A stretch of 31,826 nt of DNA from a virus (taxonomy: Duplodnaviria; Caudoviricetes), in IMG/VR virus record IMGVR_UViG_3300033076_000865, positions 1 to 31,826 of that record, one strand, 5' to 3'. Under the pieces are notes generated by a model that saw nothing but the letters and a program-made list of their open reading frames with translations, was not told where the DNA came from and ran no database searches. The stretch's first letter is position 1; each line of letters starts with the position of its first letter. Shown here in pieces: positions 1 through 5,644 of the stretch. The translations under genes were made by a program, and so were the position numbers.

Positions 1-2
1 GG

Positions 3-116
3 AAACCCTACTGGATGTTGCTGGAGGAGCCGGAACACGTCGCCGAGACAATGTATTCGGTTCTGGAAAGCCTGTGGCGGCTGCGGGCGGCTGAGACCAA
101 GAGGAAGACCCCATGA
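3..116 (+). CDS. 3' end of a hypothetical phage protein (truncated by window start)
   Basis: Open frame KPYWMLLEEPEHVAETMYSVLESLWRLRAAETKRKTP* whose TGA overlaps the ATG at 113 (ATGA coupling). Confidence 0.5.
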   Translation, partial: KPYWMLLEEPEHVAETMYSVLESLWRLRAAETKRKTP

Positions 117-367
117 CCGACCGCACCCTGACCGAGGCCGACATCGAGCGCATCGCCGCGCGGGCGGTCGAGCGGTTCGCCTTGGCCCATCCCCGCCCCA
201 CGCAGGTCACCCAGCAGCAGGCGGCGGAAATGCTTGGCGTGTCGCCCCGGACGGTCCACAACTACATCCGCGCCGGCCGGCTGCGGCTCAATCGGTGCGG
301 CCTCGTGCCCATCGAGGAGGTGGATCTGATGCGGGTCTCCCCATCGATTCCCCACGGCGGCCAGTAA
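113..367 (+). CDS. xis: Excisionase / recombination directionality factor (MerR-like HTH)
   Basis: 84 aa with VTQQQAAEMLGVSPRTVHNYIRAGRL winged-HTH pattern; GAGGAAG SD; next to att-like region and integrase. Confidence 0.8.
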   Translation: MTDRTLTEADIERIAARAVERFALAHPRPTQVTQQQAAEMLGVSPRTVHNYIRAGRLRLNRCGLVPIEEVDLMRVSPSIPHGGQ

Positions 368-389
368 GTGCAGCAGGCGCGGGCATTGA

Positions 390-410
390 CGAGTCCGGCA
401 GCGGGTACCA
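390..410 (+). mobile_element. attP core: copy of the 3' end of a tRNA gene (tRNA-Leu-like)
   Basis: CGAGTCCGGCAGCGGGTACCA matches T-loop 3' half, T-stem, acceptor stem and A-CCA; no tRNA 5' half upstream; lies between xis and int. Confidence 0.75.
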
Positions 411-428
411 CCGCCGCTGTTGGCGAGT

Positions 429-527
429 TTCCGGTATTTGCCGGTTGGCACCCGGCAATGCCGGAAAATGCCATCCCGCTGCCACTGGCTGCCATTCCAT
501 GCCGCCGGCCGATTTCGCACATTTGCC
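429..527. repeat. Helically phased TGCC array (candidate Xis/DNA-bending sites)
   Basis: TGCC at 439, 459, 469, 480, 490, 500 (variants at 429 and 450; another copy at 524); about 10-11 bp period. Confidence 0.55.
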
Positions 528-595
528 GGCCACGCTTGCAAGTTCTGCGACGTTCTCCCCACAATCTCCCCACGGCACTACGCACGGGGGAGCGG

Positions 596-1579
596 ATGGC
601 GTCGATCACCAAGTACCGGGGCGGATATCGGGCGCAGGTCTACGTGCAGGGCAAGCGGGCGTCGCGGACCTTCCGCACGATGCGCGAGGCCCAGGCATGG
701 GGCTCGGCCGAGGAAGCGCGGCTATCGACCGCACCGGCCGACGCGCACACCGTCGCCGACCTGATCGAGCGGTATATCGAGGAGGTCATGCCGGGGAAGC
801 GGGCGGGGACCATCGAGACGCACCAGGCGCGTGCCTTCCTGCGCGACTTCCCCGAGATCGTCGGCAAGAAGCTGTCGGCGGTCGATACGCCTGACTTCGC
901 CGCCTGGAGGGACGCCCGGCTGCGGTCGGTGTCCGGCGCGACGGTGCTGCGGAACCTGAACTGGTTGCGGCACGCCTTCCACACCGCCCGAGACGAATGG
1001 CGCTGGCTCGACCGCGACCCGCTCCGGGGCCTGAAGCTGCCCAGCCAGCCGGCCCCACGCGAGCGCCGGGTGTCGCCGGCCGAGGTCCGCGCCCTGTGCC
1101 GCAGTCTCGACTACCGGCCCGGCCGCGCGCCGGAGACGAAACAGCAGGAGGTCGCGCTGGCCCTGCTGGTCGCCCTGCGGACGGCGATGCGGGCGGGCGA
1201 AATACTGTCGCTCGGCAAGGCGTCCTTGAACCTCACGCGCCGGGTGGCGACCGTCGAGCACAAGACCCAGCACCTGACCGGCCGGCCTCGCGCGGTGCCG
1301 TTGACGGGCGCGGCGGTTCGCCTGCTGCGGCCCGTGGCCGACCGGGAACGGTGCTTCACGATCACCAGCGCCGTGCTCGACGCCCTGTTCCGCAAGGCGC
1401 GGGACCGGCTCATGATCCGGGATCTGCACTTCCACGACACGCGGGCCGAGGCGCTGACGCGGCTGGCGCGCCGTGTGGACGTGCTGACCCTGGCGCGGAT
1501 CAGCGGCCACAAGGACATCAAGCTGCTCGCGAACGTCTATTTTCGAGAGTCAGCGGAAGACATAGCCAAACGCATCTAA
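596..1579 (+). CDS. int: Tyrosine recombinase / phage integrase
   Basis: Catalytic pattern TAMRAGE (R), K, FHDTR (HxxR), SGH and Y (NVYF); N-terminal arm-binding region MASITKYRGGYRAQV; GGAG SD before ATG 596. Confidence 0.93.
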   Translation: MASITKYRGGYRAQVYVQGKRASRTFRTMREAQAWGSAEEARLSTAPADAHTVADLIERYIEEVMPGKRAGTIETHQARAFLRDFPEIVGKKLSAVDTPDFAAWRDARLRSVSGATVLRNLNWLRHAFHTARDEWRWLDRDPLRGLKLPSQPAPRERRVSPAEVRALCRSLDYRPGRAPETKQQEVALALLVALRTAMRAGEILSLGKASLNLTRRVATVEHKTQHLTGRPRAVPLTGAAVRLLRPVADRERCFTITSAVLDALFRKARDRLMIRDLHFHDTRAEALTRLARRVDVLTLARISGHKDIKLLANVYFRESAEDIAKRI

Positions 1580-2148
1580 CCGGCGGTTACGTGCTTCCAG
1601 GTTTTCCCGCGACGCACGGACGAGGCGACGCTCATGCTGATGCCGTAGGCTTCTGTGATCTGCTTCAAAGTCATGCCGCCTTGCCGAATATCCATCACAG
1701 CAGCAGCAGTCAGTTTTGCGTTGTGGTTTCTCTCGCCAACCCTTCTGAAGGGACTTCCCTCTCGGCCCTTTTCTTTCATGTCCCGCATATTTTCGGTTTG
1801 GTCTCCGGTAAACAGGTGACTAGGACAAAAGCACGACGGGTTGTCGCACTTGTGCAGGACATAGTGACCGTTGGGGATTGGGCCAACAAACGCTTCGTAG
1901 GAAACACGATGCGCTGTGAGTAGGATATGCTTGCCGGCCTCCCATGTGGAAAGTTGACCGTACCCGGAAACCGGGTTTCGGGAGCCGGGCCAGTTCCAAC
2001 ACCCGTCCGTCGTCTCAAATTGGCGAGCTATCTCCCGCACGCGGCACGCGGCAGAGCAATGCAGCTTGTTGGATGATCCCGTCTGGAACTGGTTACCGCA
2101 CGTCTGGCAAGAGCGGTTAATAATTCGCGGCTTGGTGTGTTTTCCCAT
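1576..2148 (-). CDS. HNH homing-type endonuclease with N-terminal Cys cluster and C-terminal HTH
   Basis: CWNW...GYG...AHRVSY...VLHKCDNPSCFCPSHL...EN motif; C-terminal HNAKLT...YGIS...W; N-terminal CxxC...HCSxxC; visibly more AT-rich than flanks; stop overlaps int stop. Confidence 0.88.
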   Translation of the reverse strand: MGKHTKPRIINRSCQTCGNQFQTGSSNKLHCSAACRVREIARQFETTDGCWNWPGSRNPVSGYGQLSTWEAGKHILLTAHRVSYEAFVGPIPNGHYVLHKCDNPSCFCPSHLFTGDQTENMRDMKEKGREGSPFRRVGERNHNAKLTAAAVMDIRQGGMTLKQITEAYGISMSVASSVRRGKTWKHVTAG

Positions 2149-2164
2149 GCCATCGAGTATACCA
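2149..2164 (-). promoter_or_regulatory. Extended -10 promoter for a leaderless HNH transcript
   Basis: TGGTATACT (TGn-TATACT) then 7 nt then ATG; no SD. Confidence 0.6.
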
Positions 2165-2217
2165 TAACTACCGGGAGACGGCCGAGCAGATCGCCGCCCG
2201 GCTATGAAGGAGGCACC

Positions 2218-2745
2218 ATGACAGCCGACATTGTAAGGACGATTGCCAAAGGCATCTGTTGTGGAGCGGCAGGCAAATGCCTCGCTGAAACGCGGCCGTG
2301 CGCTGCGTTCGTCCACGACCCTACGGCAATTCGGGCGCTCGCTGCCCTCGACGCGGCCAGGCTGGCGGTGGTGCCAAAAGAGGCCACGAGCGAAATGTGG
2401 CGCGGGTTCCGGTCGGTGAACTGCGACTACGACGACACCACCCAGCACGCCTACTTCCACGGCGACATCGGCAACTTTCGGGCGTGCTACGATGCGATGC
2501 TGTCGGCCGCCCCTACCGCGCAGCCGGCGGAGAAACCTTCGACCATCCTCAATGCCAACAGCCGTGGCCTGACGTTTCACACATCGGCCGGCCGCATCGA
2601 AAATGCATCATTCGATGCCTCCGGCAAGTTTGTCGGCCCCGTTAACCCTACCAAGCCTGTGGTGCTTCCCGAGGACTTTTTTGTAACAAACGAACAAGGC
2701 ACATATCTCAACGCCGAACCGGCGGCTCCAAAGCCCAAGCCTTGA
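2218..2745 (+). CDS. Hypothetical phage accessory protein
   Basis: AAGGAGG SD; contains the common phage motif VPKEATSEM...YDAMLSAAP. Confidence 0.75.
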   Translation: MTADIVRTIAKGICCGAAGKCLAETRPCAAFVHDPTAIRALAALDAARLAVVPKEATSEMWRGFRSVNCDYDDTTQHAYFHGDIGNFRACYDAMLSAAPTAQPAEKPSTILNANSRGLTFHTSAGRIENASFDASGKFVGPVNPTKPVVLPEDFFVTNEQGTYLNAEPAAPKPKP

Positions 2746-3044
2746 GCGAGGAGGATGACGATGGACTGCTATGCCAGATGCTTCGACTGCGGCATGCAAG
2801 AGCACAAGGTGCTCGCGCAGGGCGACAACATCAGCTTTGGAGGATGCCCCTATTGTGGGGGCCAAGCGGAGGCGCTGATCGGCGCTTCCCGGCCGGCATG
2901 GTACACCGGCAATAGGCCCCCGTCGCCGCAAGCCATTAAGCCACAGTCCAACACCTCCTCTAGCCTGATTCATGTTGAGGGCACCGTGCAGAACGTCAGG
3001 GTGACGAACTCCGTCCTGGTGGGTTCAAAGCCCAGGCCTTGAGC
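2729..3044. repeat. 19-nt direct repeat (1 mismatch) at the ends of both + strand accessory genes
   Basis: CAAAGCCCAAGCCTTGAGC (2729-2747) and CAAAGCCCAGGCCTTGAGC (3026-3044). Confidence 0.8.
2755..3042 (+). CDS. Small zinc-ribbon protein (FmdB-like CxxC...CPxCG)
   Basis: CFDCG...CPYCGG; GAGGAGG SD 5' of ATG 2755/2761. Confidence 0.6.
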   Translation: MTMDCYARCFDCGMQEHKVLAQGDNISFGGCPYCGGQAEALIGASRPAWYTGNRPPSPQAIKPQSNTSSSLIHVEGTVQNVRVTNSVLVGSKPRP

Positions 3045-3418
3045 CTGCCGAGCGTTTCCCTGCAAGCGCGCCCGGCGAAGATGGCCGACGCCGCCCACTG
3101 GTAGCGCGCTGCCTCGTCGGCAAACGGCATGTCGGCAAGAGGCTCGGCCGGGCAGTCGGTCAGTTCCGGGCCGGGCGGGTCGCGCGTCACCAGCACGGGC
3201 TTGAAAACGGTCTGGCCACAGGCGGTCAAAGCGAGTAGGATGGCGATTGCTGCGGCGGCGTGGATGGACACGCGGCGAGCCTGTCGGGGCCACAGCAGGA
3301 ATCCGTCTCTGACGGCCGAATGGAATACCGACGCAAACAAGCCGGTATCAAGCCCGGCCCGCAGCATCATTTGACCCGGACCAGCGGTATGCGACGCGCG
3401 CAGGCCATGGCGCGTCAT
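2996..3418 (-). CDS. Rz1: o-spanin lipoprotein (start uncertain)
   Basis: Lipobox AILLALTA-C, Pro-rich PPGPELTDCPAEP and second Cys; immediately downstream of i-spanin. ATG 3418 overlaps the Rz stop, but the true start may be closer to the lipobox. Confidence 0.75.
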   Translation of the reverse strand: MTRHGLRASHTAGPGQMMLRAGLDTGLFASVFHSAVRDGFLLWPRQARRVSIHAAAAIAILLALTACGQTVFKPVLVTRDPPGPELTDCPAEPLADMPFADEAARYQWAASAIFAGRACRETLGRLKAWALNPPGRSSSP

Positions 3419-3771
3419 TTCCCCGCCTTCTGCGCCGGCAGCACGGTAGCATCGAACGCCCCCGCCGCCGGGGTCCGCGCACATGACGGGTCAGACTTGG
3501 CCCGCGCAATGGCCTGAAACGCCGCCTGCGACTGCTCCTGCAACGCCGTCTTGATGGCGCTGGCTTGCTCGGCAAGGGCACGGGTGCGCTCGGCGTCGGC
3601 GTCACGGGCCTTCCGCGCGGCCTCCTCGGCCTTGGCAGCCTCTATCGCCACCGATGCCCGACAGGATGCCGCCTCGGCCCGGAACCATAGCGCAGCGGCC
3701 ACGGCAACGCCGGCAATGGCCCATGGGGCGAGGCTGCGCAGGTTCCATAGGGTGGCGAGGATGGCGGTCAT
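3415..3771 (-). CDS. Rz: i-spanin
   Basis: N-terminal TM (WAIAGVAVAAALWF), Ala-rich coiled coil and C-terminal Cys; in lysis cassette. Confidence 0.78.
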   Translation of the reverse strand: MTAILATLWNLRSLAPWAIAGVAVAAALWFRAEAASCRASVAIEAAKAEEAARKARDADAERTRALAEQASAIKTALQEQSQAAFQAIARAKSDPSCARTPAAGAFDATVLPAQKAGK

Positions 3772-3788
3772 GGAGTAACATGCTCGGC

Positions 3789-4076
3789 ATGAACCGCCGC
3801 TTCTTCCTGCTCGGCGCGCTGGCCGCCCCTGCCGTCATCCGCACGCCGGGCCTGCTCATGCCGGTGAAGCCGCTGCCGAAGGCGGTTGGGTACACTGTCG
3901 CAAACCGCCTCTCGTACACGGTGGGAGAGATTGTCTGCATCAACAGGACGCCCATCCCCTTCCGCTTCAAATGGGTGAGTGGCAACACCTTCCGGCATTC
4001 GGAGGCGGAAATCAGGGTCTTGCAAGCCTACACGCCCGAGCCCGGCGACACGTTCAGGCTCAGGCTGCCCGCGTAG
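3789..4076 (+). CDS. Counter-oriented moron; small protein with twin-arginine-like N-terminus
   Basis: MNRRFFLLGALAAPAVIR...LMPVK; exactly fills the endolysin-Rz gap; preceded by TGGCGA-17nt-TAACAT-7nt-ATG. Confidence 0.7.
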   Translation: MNRRFFLLGALAAPAVIRTPGLLMPVKPLPKAVGYTVANRLSYTVGEIVCINRTPIPFRFKWVSGNTFRHSEAEIRVLQAYTPEPGDTFRLRLPA

Positions 4077-4078
4077 CA

Positions 4079-4717
4079 TCACGCCGCCACCTGTCCAGCT
4101 TCCCCGAACAGCGCCTCGAGCGTCTTCGGCCCGACGATGCCGTCCGGCACCAGGCCGTGGGCCTCCTGGAACGCCAGTACCGCGGCGTGCGTCGCCGGCC
4201 CGTAGATCCCGTCGGCCACGATCCCGAGCGCCCGCTGGACGTCGGCGGTGGTCTTGTGCGGCTTCGGCACCGCGACCGCCCCGCCGTCGAACAACGCCCG
4301 CTCCCGCGCGCGCCGACCGACCAGCATGTCGGGGATGCACCACTTCGGGAACTCGGCCGAGGCGCCGGCGTAGTCGCCCGCGTTCAGCTTGCGCAATAGG
4401 GTCGAGCCCTTGAACGCGCCGGCCCCTACGTTGTGACACCAGCTCACCAAGGCGTCGAACTGGTTCTGGGTCAGCGGCACGTCCACGTTGGCGCAGATCA
4501 GGTTCTCCCAGCCGGCGAGATCGGCGCGCAGTACCTCCATGACCTTGTCGTCCGACCAGACGTCGCCGCGGCGCACGTCGGGGCCGGTGTGGCCGACGCC
4601 GATCGTTGGGATCGCCCAGCCGGCAGCAGGGTCCGGGTATGCCTCGTTGCGCACGCCCTCCTCGGCCATCAGGAAACGAACGCCGGCGTCGCTGGTTTTC
4701 ATCGGGGGCGAAATCAT
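4079..4717 (-). CDS. Endolysin: GH24 (T4/P22-type) lysozyme plus C-terminal peptidoglycan-binding domain
   Basis: EGVRNEAYPD...TIGVGH, LTQNQFDALVS, GS.LLRKLNAGD, RRARERALF; C-terminal VQRALGIVADGIYGPAT...FQ..HGL.PDGIVGPKT. Confidence 0.93.
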   Translation of the reverse strand: MISPPMKTSDAGVRFLMAEEGVRNEAYPDPAAGWAIPTIGVGHTGPDVRRGDVWSDDKVMEVLRADLAGWENLICANVDVPLTQNQFDALVSWCHNVGAGAFKGSTLLRKLNAGDYAGASAEFPKWCIPDMLVGRRARERALFDGGAVAVPKPHKTTADVQRALGIVADGIYGPATHAAVLAFQEAHGLVPDGIVGPKTLEALFGEAGQVAA

Positions 4718-5145
4718 CAGTCGTGTCCGTCTCGAGTAAGGGCCACCGTGTCGCCGGGGCCGTGCGCGCGCCGCTGGCCGGCGAGGAAGGTGACGGCGGC
4801 TTGCAGCCAGCCCCGGACCATGCGGACGCCGTCCATCCACGGGGTCTGTCGCTCGCACCAGTTCGTCGCCAGCAGGAACCCGGTCAGCAGCGTGCCGGTC
4901 ACGAACACCAGCGCGCCCCAGGGCGCCCAGCCGGAATTGAGCGGGGTCAGAGCAAACATCACGATGCCGGCGAAGATGATGCAGCGCGCGACCAGCACCG
5001 CGTTCCCCTTCTGGTTCATGATCAGGTAGAGGAAGTTCAGGAACGCGGCCGGGATCGCCACCAGCGAGACGATCACCCACCAGCCGTTGCCCATGTGGCT
5101 GGGCACCCACCAGAGCAGTTCCTGCCAGGAGAAGTTGGGGATCAT
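4717..5145 (-). CDS. Multi-pass membrane protein (holin/antiholin candidate)
   Basis: Three clear hydrophobic segments; coupled to both neighbours in the lysis cassette. Confidence 0.7.
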   Translation of the reverse strand: MIPNFSWQELLWWVPSHMGNGWWVIVSLVAIPAAFLNFLYLIMNQKGNAVLVARCIIFAGIVMFALTPLNSGWAPWGALVFVTGTLLTGFLLATNWCERQTPWMDGVRMVRGWLQAAVTFLAGQRRAHGPGDTVALTRDGHD

Positions 5146-5498
5146 TGCCCTGCCTCCTTCCCCGTGGCCCGGCGGATCGCGGCGTCGGTGATGTCGTCGG
5201 CCTTCTCCTCGACGCGCTTGCCACTCTTCATGATGGCGAACATCAGCGGCATGGCGACCAGGCCGGACACCGCGCCGATCACCGGGGCGAGAAGCTGGTG
5301 CCAGCCGAGGTAGCCGTTGAGCGCCGCGGTCGCCGCCGCGGTCACCACGATGCCGGCGAAGATCACGGACAGACCCTGCTTCACCGTCGGATCCTTGGTG
5401 TTCCAGAGGATGAAGCCGCTGGTGCCCACCCCAAAGACGATCGCCACGCCCAGCGTCTCGGCGTAGTCGCGCACAAAGTCAGTCCAGGGGTGGCTCAT
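5142..5498 (-). CDS. Holin-like protein (3 TM, charged C-terminus); alternative start at 5531
   Basis: Three TM helices, C-terminal KSGKRVEEKADD...RRATGKE; first gene of the lysis cassette. Confidence 0.7.
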   Translation of the reverse strand: MSHPWTDFVRDYAETLGVAIVFGVGTSGFILWNTKDPTVKQGLSVIFAGIVVTAAATAALNGYLGWHQLLAPVIGAVSGLVAMPLMFAIMKSGKRVEEKADDITDAAIRRATGKEAGQ

Positions 5499-5644
5499 CT
5501 TGCTGCCCCCGGTTGGTGCGAAATGCCACATAGGGATTCTCCGGTCATGTCATGCTCGTTTCAGCCATTGCCGGGCACTCCAATGCTCGCCGGTGGTCAG
5601 ATCCCCGGCGGGGATGGCCGTCCTCGTCGGGGGTCGCTGCATCA

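Larger units (their letters stand above)
336..575. repeat. Paired arm-type integrase-binding repeats flanking the att core
   Basis: TCTCCCCATCGATTCCCCACGG (336-357) and TCTCCCCACAATCTCCCCACGG (554-575): two tandem TCCCCA units on each side of the core. Confidence 0.65.

Noticed and set aside
330-410. Complete tRNA gene
   Set aside because: Only the last 21 nt or so are tRNA-like; no D-arm, anticodon arm or GGTTC 5' T-arm.
368-595. N-terminal extension of the integrase from GTG 368
   Set aside because: It runs through the att core and repeats; ATG 596 has an SD and gives a typical integrase N-terminus.
2149-2580. Long N-terminal extension of HNH 1 (334-aa call)
   Set aside because: Antisense to the well-supported 2218-2745 gene; a promoter-like element sits directly before ATG 2148.
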